Below are positions 48,011 to 60,169 of a DNA stretch of 64,000 nucleotides, piece after piece (the first letter of the stretch is position 1; the number at the start of each line of letters is the position of its first letter). Both the position numbers and the translations under genes were made by a program. The stretch lies in NCBI GenBank assembly GCA_963675245.1, contig OY775910.1, positions 1,248,001 through 1,312,000 on the forward strand, given 5' to 3'. The notes under the pieces are model-generated. The model ran no database searches, had not been told where the DNA came from, and worked only from the letters and a program-made list of their open reading frames with translations. This stretch comes from Acholeplasmataceae bacterium. Its GTDB lineage: Bacteria > Bacillota_I > Bacilli_A > Acholeplasmatales > Acholeplasmataceae.

Positions 48011-49300
48011 GTGCCAATAGATATATATACATTCTTATTATATTTAGCCATTACATTATTTGTCGGTTTTATATTTGGTAAATTAGCAGAACTGATTAAG
48101 ATTCCAGCCATTACAGGTTACATTGTATCAGGTGTTTTAATTGGACCTAGTGTTTTTGGTATTTTAACAGATACAAATATTGTAGCATTAGATGTCATTA
48201 CAAATTTTGTGTTAGGTATTATTGCTTATCAAATTGGTACTGAGTTATGGTTACCAAAAGTTAAGAAGAGTGGTAAATCAATCATTATTATTACTGCGAT
48301 TCAAGCTTTAGGTACGGCATTACTTGTATTTGGCGCAGTTTATCTATTAGATCCTGAACATCGTTTATGGCTCGCTTTAACCTTATCAGCGATAGCGACA
48401 GCGACTGCACCAGCACCAATTATGGTATTGGTTAAATCATTGCGCGCTAAAGGTCCTGTGACGGATACTGTGATTCCTGTTGTAGGGATTGATGATATCT
48501 TTGGTGTCATCATCTTTGGATTATTTACATCAATTGCTAGAGCTACTATTGGTGGAGGTGCACTCACCTTAGAAACGGCTTTATTAGAACCTTTAATTGA
48601 AGTGTTCTTCTCACTCTTAATTGGTGGATTATTCGGATTATTCCTTGGCTTAATCTCGAAATTCTTTGTTGTCAAATTACCAAAAAGAGAACGTTATATC
48701 ACATATTTAGTTTTCGCGTTATCATCAGTACTAACAACGGTTTATATCGCACATCATGGTTTCGCAATTGGTAGCTTTGAAGTTCATGGCTTATCCATGA
48801 TTTTAACACCTATGATGGTTGGTATGGTATTTACGAACATGATTAAAAAAGAACCATTTGAAATTCAAGGTGCTGCACTTTCGAACTTCTCTGGTCCGCT
48901 TATTATTATATTCTTCACACTTGCTGGTGCACAATTAAAACTAGATGTTTTAATTTCAGCAGGATTCATCGCGATTTTATATATCGTCTTTAGATCAATT
49001 GGAAAAATTGGTGGCTCTTATATTGGTGCTGTTGCTGCTAAATCACCGAAAGTGGTTAGAAATTGGACAGGTCCTTGTATACTGTCACAAGGTGGGGTTG
49101 AAATAGGTATGCTTGTTGCTGTATCTAGTATATTTCAAGGATATGCAGAAGAAGCATTACTCATTAAAACCGTTGTCTTAGCAGGTATCTTATTCTTTGA
49201 AATAGTTGGTCCGATTGTCTTTAAGATGTCAATTGAAAAAATTGGTGAAGCACATGTTCACCATGTGGATGCACATATCCCAATTGCAAATAAAAGCTAA
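48011..49300 (+). CDS. cation:proton antiporter
   Basis: Multi-TM; IPAITGY, ATATAPA, VGIDD, FFTLAG, RSIGK. Confidence 0.88.
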   Translation: MPIDIYTFLLYLAITLFVGFIFGKLAELIKIPAITGYIVSGVLIGPSVFGILTDTNIVALDVITNFVLGIIAYQIGTELWLPKVKKSGKSIIIITAIQALGTALLVFGAVYLLDPEHRLWLALTLSAIATATAPAPIMVLVKSLRAKGPVTDTVIPVVGIDDIFGVIIFGLFTSIARATIGGGALTLETALLEPLIEVFFSLLIGGLFGLFLGLISKFFVVKLPKRERYITYLVFALSSVLTTVYIAHHGFAIGSFEVHGLSMILTPMMVGMVFTNMIKKEPFEIQGAALSNFSGPLIIIFFTLAGAQLKLDVLISAGFIAILYIVFRSIGKIGGSYIGAVAAKSPKVVRNWTGPCILSQGGVEIGMLVAVSSIFQGYAEEALLIKTVVLAGILFFEIVGPIVFKMSIEKIGEAHVHHVDAHIPIANKS

Positions 49301-49302
49301 TA

Positions 49303-49334
49303 AAAAAGGATGATTTTAATGAAATCATCCTTTT
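49303..49334. terminator. bidirectional terminator
   Basis: AAAAGGATGATTT..AAATCATCCTTTT. Confidence 0.75.
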
Positions 49335-49349
49335 CTTTTTTAAGTTAAT

Positions 49350-49952
49350 TTATTTAGCTGCTGCAAAGTTATTAGCTACTTGATCCCAATTAACAACATT
49401 GAAGAATGCTGATACATAATCAGGACGACGATTTTGATAGTTTAAGTAATATGCATGTTCCCAAACATCTAAACCTAAGATTGGAGTACCCATTGCAAGT
49501 GGCGTATCTTGATTTGGTGTTGATGTCACAACTAAACCATCTTTTGTTGCAACTAACCAAGCCCAACCACTACCAAATCTTGTTTTAGCAGCTGTTGAGA
49601 AAGCTTCTTTAAATGCATCAAATGAACCGAATGCATCATTGATAGCAGCAGCAAGCTTCCCAGTTGGCGTTGCCCCATTGTTTACTTTTAAAATAGACCA
49701 GAATAACTTATGATTGTAAAAACCACCACCATTGTTTTGAACTGCAGTACGAATGTCTGCAGGCACTAAGCTTAAGTCAGCGAGTAGTGTTTCAAGTGGT
49801 GTATCTAATTCTGGGTGTTTTGCTAACGCATTATTAAGATTATTTGTATAACCTTGATGGTGTTTTGTATAATGAATTTCCATCGTTCTAGCATCAATAA
49901 ATGGTTCTAATGCATCATATGCATAACCTAATTTTGGTAATTCGAATGTCAT
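49350..49952 (-). CDS. sodA: Mn/Fe superoxide dismutase
   Basis: [31 protein letters not shown]. Confidence 0.96.
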   Translation of the reverse strand: MTFELPKLGYAYDALEPFIDARTMEIHYTKHHQGYTNNLNNALAKHPELDTPLETLLADLSLVPADIRTAVQNNGGGFYNHKLFWSILKVNNGATPTGKLAAAINDAFGSFDAFKEAFSTAAKTRFGSGWAWLVATKDGLVVTSTPNQDTPLAMGTPILGLDVWEHAYYLNYQNRRPDYVSAFFNVVNWDQVANNFAAAK

Positions 49953-50035
49953 TGTAATACCTCCTTAATTTCTAATTCAATATTACATCAATTATAAATA
50001 AAATACAATTGATTTGCACTCTCAAATTATCTTTT

Positions 50036-51595
50036 TTATAATTTAAGCCATGACTTTATTTGGGTATTGTCTATATCAATATAAATGGTTTTTTGATGTG
50101 TATAAGTGACATGATAACCAGGCATTTTAGGAATTTTCTTTAAATGTCTAATTTGTGTATAATCAACGGGAATGGATGAAGATAAAGAAAGACTAGAATG
50201 ATAAGCTGCAAGCATAGCTGCTTTACGAATAACGGCTTCACTAAGGTCATTTGTTTGTACAACTAAATGGGTACCTGGAGCATCCTTTACGTGAAACCAC
50301 ATATCGTTTTGGTTGGCGAGTTGATGTGCAATATAAGCATTTTGCTTATCGTTTTTACCAAGAATATAGGTGGCATTTTGATCAATGATTTTTGTAATGT
50401 TTGGTTGTTGTTTTTTCTTATTATTAACTGTTTTCGTTTTGATTTTATAACCAAATGGTTCAAGATCAGAAGCAAAGTCTTTTAAATCATTTCCATCACT
50501 AATGGATAAATAGGTTTGATAGGCTAAAAAGAGATTGATTAACTGTTGATTAGCCTCAATTTGTTCCTGAATGGGTCTGATGCCACGTTTCGCTTTTTGA
50601 TAGATTTGATAATAACGCTGTGCATTTTCATTTAATGTTAGCATCGGATCGAGTATGATGTCTTGATCATTAACGCTAATGGACGAATGTTTTTCAGTTA
50701 AAGGTATCATTGATTGATAAATCAAATCACCTGAATTTTTAGCTAATAATCGTTCATTATTCTGTTCTTCCTGTTGTTTTAATTGCTCATCTTTTCGACG
50801 ATATTTTAATAATTGTTTTTGTATAAATTGCTCATAAGATACTTTTGATTGCTTGACTGCTTTTTTTGGTCGATCAAATAATTGAGAAATAGTTGATTGT
50901 GTTATTTTTTCATCTTGTTCGTCAAAGATATCTGAAAAGTATACATCTTGTTTATCAACATTAACGGTTGGTTTCACTTCTAAATCAAGCGGTTTTAGGT
51001 GATGCTCAAAAAGGTAGGTTGCTGTTAATCTACTAATTCCCATATATTGAGTTGAAATATCTTTTGGGATTGTTATATTGTCATATGAAAAATGAGTAAA
51101 TGGTTTCTTATCTGAAGGAAAAAAATCAAAAGTTGCGTGGGGAAGTAGTTGTCTACCGGTGTCGAAAAACATTTTTTTATGTGTGTCAATAATCATTTGA
51201 TTACTTGTTAAGATTAAGTTAGAATACTTACCCATCGCTTCAAAAACGAGTTCTTTCTTAATCGGGCCTTCAATTAAATCATATGAAGTGAAACTTAAGA
51301 CTAAAACGCGATCGGTTTGATACTGTGTAATATGATCTAAAATGGCACCAGATAATTCTTTTTTTAATGACTGTGAAAATTGTGTATTTAATATTTCATT
51401 ATGTTTGTGTATCGATAAATAAATCGCGAAATCTTTAGGATGTACATTGATGATTAAGTGTTGTTTATCGCCATAACGATAAAAAGTAAGACCAAATAGA
51501 TGTTCATCGTGTTGAACTATCTTTTCTAATCTCGCTTTACTAAGCGTTTCATCTAACTCTTTTTGCAAATGATATAATAATAAACCATCAATCAT
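50036..51595 (-). CDS. rqcH: NFACT/Rqc2-family ribosome quality-control protein RqcH (FbpA-like)
   Basis: MIDG, TDRV, EAMGKYSNLIL, NAQRYY..YQKAK, GKNDKQN, WFHVKDAPGTH, VDYT. Confidence 0.9.
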   Translation of the reverse strand: MIDGLLLYHLQKELDETLSKARLEKIVQHDEHLFGLTFYRYGDKQHLIINVHPKDFAIYLSIHKHNEILNTQFSQSLKKELSGAILDHITQYQTDRVLVLSFTSYDLIEGPIKKELVFEAMGKYSNLILTSNQMIIDTHKKMFFDTGRQLLPHATFDFFPSDKKPFTHFSYDNITIPKDISTQYMGISRLTATYLFEHHLKPLDLEVKPTVNVDKQDVYFSDIFDEQDEKITQSTISQLFDRPKKAVKQSKVSYEQFIQKQLLKYRRKDEQLKQQEEQNNERLLAKNSGDLIYQSMIPLTEKHSSISVNDQDIILDPMLTLNENAQRYYQIYQKAKRGIRPIQEQIEANQQLINLFLAYQTYLSISDGNDLKDFASDLEPFGYKIKTKTVNNKKKQQPNITKIIDQNATYILGKNDKQNAYIAHQLANQNDMWFHVKDAPGTHLVVQTNDLSEAVIRKAAMLAAYHSSLSLSSSIPVDYTQIRHLKKIPKMPGYHVTYTHQKTIYIDIDNTQIKSWLKL

Positions 51596-51745
51596 GAAAA
51601 TACACCTCTACACATCATTTTAACATATGATTTGTGAATTGCCTTTCTTTCAATGAAAAGAAAGGTGTAAATGAATGCATGCTATTTACATATGTGTAAA
51701 TATAAGTTATAATAAAGGGTAAATCAAGTGTTACAGGAGGCACCG

Positions 51746-52363
51746 ATGAAGCTCAATGAACGTGGTTTATTAGTTGTCATATCAGGCCCTTCTGGCGTTG
51801 GTAAGGGAACGGTTCGTCGCGCATTATTTAATATGCCAAATCATGATCTTGTCTATTCAGTTTCGATGACAACTAGACCCCCTCGTCCAGGTGAAGTCGA
51901 TGGCGTTGACTACTATTTTGTCAGCAAAGAAACATTTTTAAAACGTATCAAAGAAGACAAGTTTTTGGAATGGGCTGAATTTGTTGGTAATTATTATGGT
52001 ACACCTCGTGATAAAGTCGATGAACAACTTGATCGCGGTAAAGAAGTGGTTTTAGAAATTGAAGTTGAAGGCGCACTTCAAGTCCGTAAACAAATGAAAG
52101 ATGCAGTGTTTATTTTCTTGGTTCCTCCAGGAAGAAAAGCATTATATGAGCGATTACTTAATCGTGGTACTGAAGATATAGATCTCGTTGAAAAACGAAT
52201 GAAAAAAGCAGATAAAGAATTCACATTAGCACACAAGTATGATTACATTGTCGTTAATGATGAAGTCAATAATGCTGCAGATCGTATCATGGCGATTATA
52301 AGAGCAGAACATGCTAAAACAGAACGTACAATTCATAATTATATGAAGATGATAGGAGAATGA
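51746..52363 (+). CDS. gmk: guanylate kinase
   Basis: SGPSGVGKGT, TTRPPRPGEVDGVDYYF, NYYGT; ATG 51746 after AGGAGG. Confidence 0.96.
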   Translation: MKLNERGLLVVISGPSGVGKGTVRRALFNMPNHDLVYSVSMTTRPPRPGEVDGVDYYFVSKETFLKRIKEDKFLEWAEFVGNYYGTPRDKVDEQLDRGKEVVLEIEVEGALQVRKQMKDAVFIFLVPPGRKALYERLLNRGTEDIDLVEKRMKKADKEFTLAHKYDYIVVNDEVNNAADRIMAIIRAEHAKTERTIHNYMKMIGE

Positions 52364-52367
52364 TGTT

Positions 52368-52583
52368 ATGAACAAAAATAATGATGGTATGCGTTATCCG
52401 TCAATTGACAAATTATTAGATCGAATTGACTCAAAGTATAAACTTGTCTATGCCGCAAGTAAAGTAGCTCAAATATTAGAAGATGAAGATTTACAAGTTG
52501 AAAATGCAAAATGCGTTAAAAGCATTGGCATAGCGCTAGAAGAAATTGCAGAAGGCAGAGTTAAGATTGAATTTGAAGGATAA
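52368..52583 (+). CDS. rpoZ: RNA polymerase omega subunit
   Basis: YPSIDKLL..IDSKYKLV, ALEEI; follows gmk. Confidence 0.92.
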   Translation: MNKNNDGMRYPSIDKLLDRIDSKYKLVYAASKVAQILEDEDLQVENAKCVKSIGIALEEIAEGRVKIEFEG

Positions 52584-52658
52584 AGCGAGCAATCGCTTTT
52601 TCTTTGTTTAAAGGTTGTATATGCGGTTGTGTTTGGTTACAATAAAAGTGGTGGTTAT

Positions 52659-54389
52659 ATGGCAATTAAAGATAAATTAAGCCTGTTACCGAATGAGCCT
52701 GGGTGTTATTTAATGAAAGACCGGCATGGAAAGATTATTTATGTCGGTAAAGCAAAAAAATTAAAACAACGCGTTCGCTCTTACTTTACAGGTGCTCACA
52801 ATACAAAAACAACTAGGTTAGTATCAGAAATTGATGATTTTGAGTATGTCATGACCTCATCTGAGCATGAATCACTCATTCTCGAAATGAATTTAATTAA
52901 ACAACATTCGCCTAAATATAACGTGAGACTAATGGATGATAAGACATATCCGTATATTGAACTCACGAATGAGACTTACCCTAAACTCGTTGTCGTTAGA
53001 AAGAAGAAACCTAAAGGTAGATTATTTGGACCCTTTCCTAACGTTTATGCCGCAAGAGAAACTGTTAAATTATTGAATCATATATACCCACTAAGAAAAT
53101 GTGAAACATTGCCTAAAAAGGCATGTTTATATTATCATATCGGTCAGTGTTTAGGACCTTGTATCCATCCTGAAGTTGATTACACTTTAATGACTGAAAG
53201 GATTATTCGCTTTTTAAAAGGAGACACAAAAGAAGTCTTGGGAGAATTAAAAACGAATATGGAAAAAGCAAGTCTCTTAATGAATTTTGAAAAAGCAGCT
53301 GAATATCGCGATATGATCAAAGCGATAGAACAAACAACCGAAAAACAAATGATTGATTTAAATGATGGCAAAGATAGAGATATGATCAGTTTCGCACATA
53401 ACGATGATGATGTCGCGATTCAGATCTTACTTATGCGTCAAGGTAAAATGGTTGATCAACATCAGATCGTCTTTGGTTTCGTTGGTGATATGATGAGTGC
53501 TGTTTTAAATTATATTGCGCAATATTATGAAAAGTATTTACCAGATGAATTGTTGTTTTCAGATCGTTTTACAGCATCTGATGTGATTGATATATTTGGT
53601 CAAACAGCTATCATCCCTAAAAAAGGTCAAAAAAAGAAAATGGTTGATTTAGCGACTAAGAATGCTGAATATGATCTTGAACATTATCACTTGCTTTATA
53701 GGCATCAAGAAGATCAAAGAGTTCTTGCCTTAGATGAGTTGAAAGATATTATCGGTCATCCCATTAATCATATTGATATATTTGATAATGCCCAACTCTT
53801 TGGCACAGCACCTATTTCTGCATTAGTAGTTTATAAAGATAATGGTTTTGATAAAAAAGAATATCGTAAATATCATTTAAAGACGACAAAAAATGACGAC
53901 TATCAAGCCATGAAAGAAGTCACGTATAGAAGATATCAGAAGCTTTTAATTTCAGAGGCGAAACAACCCGACCTCATCTTAATAGATGGTGGTATTGGGC
54001 ATGTACATGCTGCAGAAGAGACGATGAGCTCACTTAATTTAAATATTCCTGTTGCAGGATTAAAAAAGGATCGTCATCACCAATTAGATGCACTGGTTTA
54101 TCAAAATAAAACCATCTCCTTATCAAAACATCGAGATTTATTTAAATTATTAGTAAGTATGTCTGAAGAGGTGCATCGCTTCGCGATTACATTCCATAGA
54201 CAAACAAGATCAAGACTAGCTAATCAATCGCTTCTAGATCAAGTACCAGGAATTGGTCCCAAGACAAAACAAAAATTATTAGCTCATTTTAAGAGTCTAG
54301 ATGATATATTAATCGCGAGTGATGATGACTTAAAAGCCTGTGGTGTTAAACCATCATCAATTGAATCATTAAGAAAGGTTAAGCCATGA
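52659..54389 (+). CDS. uvrC: excinuclease ABC subunit C
   Basis: PGCYL..IYVGKAK GIY-YIG domain, Cys cluster, FEKAAEYRD, LIDGG, HRFAI, VPGIG HhH. Confidence 0.96.
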   Translation: MAIKDKLSLLPNEPGCYLMKDRHGKIIYVGKAKKLKQRVRSYFTGAHNTKTTRLVSEIDDFEYVMTSSEHESLILEMNLIKQHSPKYNVRLMDDKTYPYIELTNETYPKLVVVRKKKPKGRLFGPFPNVYAARETVKLLNHIYPLRKCETLPKKACLYYHIGQCLGPCIHPEVDYTLMTERIIRFLKGDTKEVLGELKTNMEKASLLMNFEKAAEYRDMIKAIEQTTEKQMIDLNDGKDRDMISFAHNDDDVAIQILLMRQGKMVDQHQIVFGFVGDMMSAVLNYIAQYYEKYLPDELLFSDRFTASDVIDIFGQTAIIPKKGQKKKMVDLATKNAEYDLEHYHLLYRHQEDQRVLALDELKDIIGHPINHIDIFDNAQLFGTAPISALVVYKDNGFDKKEYRKYHLKTTKNDDYQAMKEVTYRRYQKLLISEAKQPDLILIDGGIGHVHAAEETMSSLNLNIPVAGLKKDRHHQLDALVYQNKTISLSKHRDLFKLLVSMSEEVHRFAITFHRQTRSRLANQSLLDQVPGIGPKTKQKLLAHFKSLDDILIASDDDLKACGVKPSSIESLRKVKP

Positions 54390-55213
54390 AACATATTATT
54401 CAACAAATAGATGATAAAGAACAAGTATTCTATCTCGTTATTGAAGGTAGAAAGATTGGTTTTCATCTAACAAAACGCTTAGCAAAAACATTTTGGTTAT
54501 TTTTAGATCGAGGTGTATTGGTTGATTTTGAAATTGGACCAAGAAGAAAACGAATTAATAAATCATTTGTTTATCAAGTGTCATTCTTCAGACAAATCGT
54601 GCAATTGCAGCCCTATCGTGTTTATTACGATATTGATCAATTAAGAAGAGACATGAAAGATGTTCTTGCACATCAAAAATATTATTTGTTTATTGATTTT
54701 GAAATGACGATGCCTGGTTATAAACCGAAATCTTTTATACCAGAAATCATTCAAGCGGGATATATGCTTGCACAAGCAAAGGGTGATACTATTATTGATG
54801 AAGGTTATTATGTGTTACCATTGATTGATACGACATTATCCAGAAGAACACAAAAATTCTTAAAACTTGATGAACTTCATTTTTATGAGTCAGCGATTCA
54901 CTACGATGATTTTTATGATAAATTAAAAGCCATTGTCGATGAATACCATCCTAAATTTGTTGTCTGGGGTAAAAATGATATTTCGGCGTTAAATGATTCT
55001 TATAAGCTACATCATAAGCAACCGATTACAGAAAATTCTGATTTCATTGATTTGCTTAAGCTACATAAAGATTATTTCAATTTAAAAGATGATCTTGGAT
55101 TGTTCAGAGCGTATCAAGCGTATTACAACGTAGAAGAAGATCAATGTCATGATGCACTTGATGATGCCCATGTGACCAAACAAGTGTTTGACGCATTTAT
55201 TGATTATATATAA
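54386..55213 (+). CDS. DEDDh 3'-5' exonuclease (KapD-like) with extra N-terminal region
   Basis: IDFEMT, EIIQAG, WGKND, HDALDDA; ATGA overlap with uvrC. Confidence 0.8.
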   Translation: MKHIIQQIDDKEQVFYLVIEGRKIGFHLTKRLAKTFWLFLDRGVLVDFEIGPRRKRINKSFVYQVSFFRQIVQLQPYRVYYDIDQLRRDMKDVLAHQKYYLFIDFEMTMPGYKPKSFIPEIIQAGYMLAQAKGDTIIDEGYYVLPLIDTTLSRRTQKFLKLDELHFYESAIHYDDFYDKLKAIVDEYHPKFVVWGKNDISALNDSYKLHHKQPITENSDFIDLLKLHKDYFNLKDDLGLFRAYQAYYNVEEDQCHDALDDAHVTKQVFDAFIDYI

Positions 55214-55240
55214 AAAAACTGAGCAGAACGCTCAGTTTTA
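55213..55240. terminator. bidirectional terminator
   Basis: AAAACTGAGC-AGAAC-GCTCAGTTTT. Confidence 0.75.
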
Positions 55241-55247
55241 TTTTTAA

Positions 55248-56936
55248 TTAAAATGTATTAGCATCAACAATAATTGGGATAACTAGTGGATTTCGTTGGG
55301 TCATTTTAAATATTTTTTTACCGAGTTGATCCACCACAGCTTGTTTGATGTTTTGTTCATTATAGAATTTTTTATTCAATTCCGTTTCAACGATTGTCTT
55401 CGCTTCATTGGCTAATTTATTTGTTAATTCCTCATTACCACGCATATAGATGAAACCACGTGAAATGACTGTTGGCGAGTTAATGAGTTTACGTTTCTCG
55501 CTATCGAGCGATAAAACAACAGAGAATAAACCTTCTTCAGATAACATTTTACGTTCTCTAATGACTTGAGAACCAATATCGCCAATACCCGTTCCATCAA
55601 TATAAATCTCACCTGATGGTACATCACCTGCATAGCGAATACCTTCTTTAGAGACGCCAGCCACTTGACCGTTATCCATAATTAAAATGTTGTCTGGATC
55701 AACACCTGTTTCAATAGCGAGTTGTTGATGGTGACGTAACATACGATGTTCACCATGGATTGGAATAAACAGTTTTGGACGTGTTAAACTTAAGATAAGT
55801 TTTAAATCATTTTGGGCACCATGTCCTGAAGTGTGAGTATCTGCAAGTGGTCCATGTGTAATAACATTTACATCTTGTCTAAATAGCTTATTAATCGTTC
55901 TGTTAACGCCTTCTTGATTACCTGGAATAGGTGATGATGAGAAGATGACTGTGTCTCCTGGCATCGCTTGTACTTGGCGATGTGAACCACTCGCAATTCT
56001 AGATAATGCAGCTAAAGGTTCACCTTGAGAACCGGTAACTAATAACGTAACTTCTTCAGGTTTTAACCGTTTTAATTGGTCACCAGAGACTAACGTTCCT
56101 TTTGGAATTTTAATATAACCGGTTTGTGTTCCTGCATCAATCGCTCGTTCCATAGAACGACCAAAAACAGCGATTTTTCTATGATTTAATACGGCCGCTT
56201 CAATAATTTGTTGAATCCGATACATATTAGAAGCGAAAGTCGCGATGATAATACGTCCAGTTAATCGTGAAAATAACTCATTAATTGATTTACCAATCTT
56301 AGAATCCGATTGAATGAGTTCATCACGTTCTGCATTCGTTGAATCAGAACATAAACATAACACACCTTCTGCACCAATCGCTGCAAGCTTATCAAACTCA
56401 CATGGTGGTCCAACAGGAGTTAAGTCGACTTTGAAATCACCTGTGTGGAATATAATACCTTGAGGTGTTCTAAATACAATACCAAACATATCTGGTATCG
56501 AATGGTTCATACGAATAAAGCTGACTTCTACATCTTTAAATTTGTATTTATAATAGCTCTTATATTCTTCAATTTGAGGCACTTTGACATCAGCGTGCTC
56601 CATGAATTTATATTCAATAAGATCAACTGCAATACCAGACGCATAAATTTTAGGAATCTCTACTTGTTTTAACAAATAAGGAATACTCCCAATATGGTCT
56701 TCATGGCCGTGGGTAATAAATAAGCCAACGATTCTTTCTTGATTTTGTGCTAAATATGTAAAATCAGGGATAACATAGTCAATCCCAAGTAAGTGTTCGT
56801 CAGGAAAAAGAATACCAGAGTCAACAATGAAAATCTGATCTTCAATTTCAAAAATATACATATTTTTACCTACTTCACCTAGGCCACCCAACGCAAAAAC
56901 GCCGATTTCCCCGGTTTTTAGTAAAGGGTTTTTCAT
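55248..56936 (-). CDS. rnj: ribonuclease J
   Basis: LGGLGEVGKN, THGHEDHIG, HSIPD, TGDFK, GSQGEP, HTSGH, PIHGE. Confidence 0.96.
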   Translation of the reverse strand: MKNPLLKTGEIGVFALGGLGEVGKNMYIFEIEDQIFIVDSGILFPDEHLLGIDYVIPDFTYLAQNQERIVGLFITHGHEDHIGSIPYLLKQVEIPKIYASGIAVDLIEYKFMEHADVKVPQIEEYKSYYKYKFKDVEVSFIRMNHSIPDMFGIVFRTPQGIIFHTGDFKVDLTPVGPPCEFDKLAAIGAEGVLCLCSDSTNAERDELIQSDSKIGKSINELFSRLTGRIIIATFASNMYRIQQIIEAAVLNHRKIAVFGRSMERAIDAGTQTGYIKIPKGTLVSGDQLKRLKPEEVTLLVTGSQGEPLAALSRIASGSHRQVQAMPGDTVIFSSSPIPGNQEGVNRTINKLFRQDVNVITHGPLADTHTSGHGAQNDLKLILSLTRPKLFIPIHGEHRMLRHHQQLAIETGVDPDNILIMDNGQVAGVSKEGIRYAGDVPSGEIYIDGTGIGDIGSQVIRERKMLSEEGLFSVVLSLDSEKRKLINSPTVISRGFIYMRGNEELTNKLANEAKTIVETELNKKFYNEQNIKQAVVDQLGKKIFKMTQRNPLVIPIIVDANTF

Positions 56937-57078
56937 GATTTAATTCCTCCGAAAACGAAAAAGTTCATTAATATTATATGATAAATAAAGCAAAAATGAT
57001 ACAGAAACACACATTTTAATTTATTATTTACGAAATAAGGGTTTCATAAACATATGTAATATGTTATGATACTAGAAA

Positions 57079-57140
57079 CCGTATATGTTTGATGTTGTTG
57101 GTTCAAACGTTTCTACACTACACCTAAGTTAGTACTACGG
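57079..57140 (+). promoter_or_regulatory. purine (guanine-sensing) riboswitch aptamer
   Basis: P1 CCGTA/TACGG, P2 GTTTGA/TCAAAC, J2/3 GTTTCTAC, P3 ACTA/TAGT, C at the discriminator position; upstream of guaB-guaA. Confidence 0.85.
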
Positions 57141-57150
57141 CACTTTTTTG

Positions 57151-57173
57151 ATGTGCCTACTGGCACATTTTTT
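57151..57173 (+). terminator. riboswitch-controlled terminator
   Basis: ATGTGCC-TACT-GGCACAT plus T-run; GGCAC at 57139-57143 can pair with GTGCC as an antiterminator. Confidence 0.8.
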
Positions 57174-57185
57174 ATTAAAAAATAG

Positions 57186-58640
<1,455 letters not shown>

Positions 58641-58645
58641 TTTAT

Positions 58646-60166
58646 ATGGAAAAAATAATTGTTTTAGATTTTGGATCTCAATATAATCAATTGATTGTTA
58701 GAAAAATTAGAGAATTGGGTATTTATAGTGAATTATTAAGCTATGATACACCGTTAGACGTTTTAGCATCTGATGACGTTAAAGGTATAGTTTTGTCAGG
58801 TGGTCCTAAATCTGTATTTGCACATGATGCCTATCACATTAATCAAGCGATTTATCAACTCGATAAACCGATTTTAGGTATTTGTTATGGCATGCAACTT
58901 ATGGTTAAAGATATGGGTGGACAGATTATTAGAACAGGCGAAAAAGAGTATGGTAGACAAGAGATAACTGTCTTTTCTACTGACTCTTTATTTAAAGATA
59001 CACCTACCAAACAAATTGTTTGGATGAGTCATAGTGATCGCTTAGATGAAGCACCAAAAGACTTTCATGTTTTAGCAACCTCAAAACATGTGGTTGCTGC
59101 AATTAAACATGACAAGAAAGATTGGTATGGTGTCCAATTTCATCCTGAAGTATTACATACTGATTATGGCCAATCCATGCTTAAAAATTTCTTGTTGGCT
59201 TGTGATGTCAATTTTGATTGGCAAATGGATCAATTAAGTCAAGTGTTGATTAATGATATCAGAGAGCAAGTGGGTAAAGAAAAAGTTTTAATGGCCATTT
59301 CAGGCGGTGTCGATAGTAGTGTTGCAGCTGTTTTGATACATAAAGCAATCGGTGATCAATTGAGTTGTTTCTTTATTGATCATGGTTTACTCAGAAAAGA
59401 TGAAGCTAAAGAAGTGATGGATCGCTTTGAAAAGGATTATCATATAGCTGTTGAATGTATTGATGCAAAAAATGTATTTTATGAACGATTGAAGGATGTT
59501 GTAGATCCAGAAGAAAAACGTAAAATTATTGGTAAAGCATTTATTGATACATTTGAGAAGGTTGCGAAATCACATGGTGATTATGCATTTTTAGGTCAAG
59601 GAACATTATATACGGATTTAATTGAGTCTGGTACGAAAACAGCACATACAATTAAAAGTCATCATAACGTAGGTGGTTTACCTGAACATATGCCGTTTGC
59701 TTTAGTAGAACCCTTAAACAGATTATTTAAAGATGAAGTAAGAGCGCTAGGTATAGCACTTGGTATTCAAGCATCATTTGTTTATAGACAACCTTTCCCA
59801 GGTCCAGGTTTAGCAATTCGCATTATGGGATCTATTTCGCCAGATAAAGTGCGTATCGTACAAGATACGGATGCAATTTTAAGATCGTTAATTGAAGCGC
59901 ACGGTTTAGATAAAGATATATGGCAATATTTCACCGTTTTAACAAATACAAAAACAGTCGGTGTTAAAGGTGATGAAAGAAGTTATGAATATTTACTTGT
60001 GATTAGGGCAGTCACGTCAACCGATGGTATGACAGCTGATTGGGCTAAAATCCCGTATGATGTCTTACAAGAAGCCTCAAGCAGAATGGTCAATGAAGTA
60101 GAAGGTATTAACCGTGTGGCATATGATATTACATCTAAACCTCCGGGAACGATTGAATGGGAGTAA
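58646..60166 (+). CDS. guaA: GMP synthase (glutamine-hydrolysing)
   Basis: LDFGSQY, GICYGMQ, QFHPE, SGGVDS, IKSHHNVGG, KPPGTIEWE. Confidence 0.97.
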   Translation: MEKIIVLDFGSQYNQLIVRKIRELGIYSELLSYDTPLDVLASDDVKGIVLSGGPKSVFAHDAYHINQAIYQLDKPILGICYGMQLMVKDMGGQIIRTGEKEYGRQEITVFSTDSLFKDTPTKQIVWMSHSDRLDEAPKDFHVLATSKHVVAAIKHDKKDWYGVQFHPEVLHTDYGQSMLKNFLLACDVNFDWQMDQLSQVLINDIREQVGKEKVLMAISGGVDSSVAAVLIHKAIGDQLSCFFIDHGLLRKDEAKEVMDRFEKDYHIAVECIDAKNVFYERLKDVVDPEEKRKIIGKAFIDTFEKVAKSHGDYAFLGQGTLYTDLIESGTKTAHTIKSHHNVGGLPEHMPFALVEPLNRLFKDEVRALGIALGIQASFVYRQPFPGPGLAIRIMGSISPDKVRIVQDTDAILRSLIEAHGLDKDIWQYFTVLTNTKTVGVKGDERSYEYLLVIRAVTSTDGMTADWAKIPYDVLQEASSRMVNEVEGINRVAYDITSKPPGTIEWE

Positions 60167-60169
60167 GTT

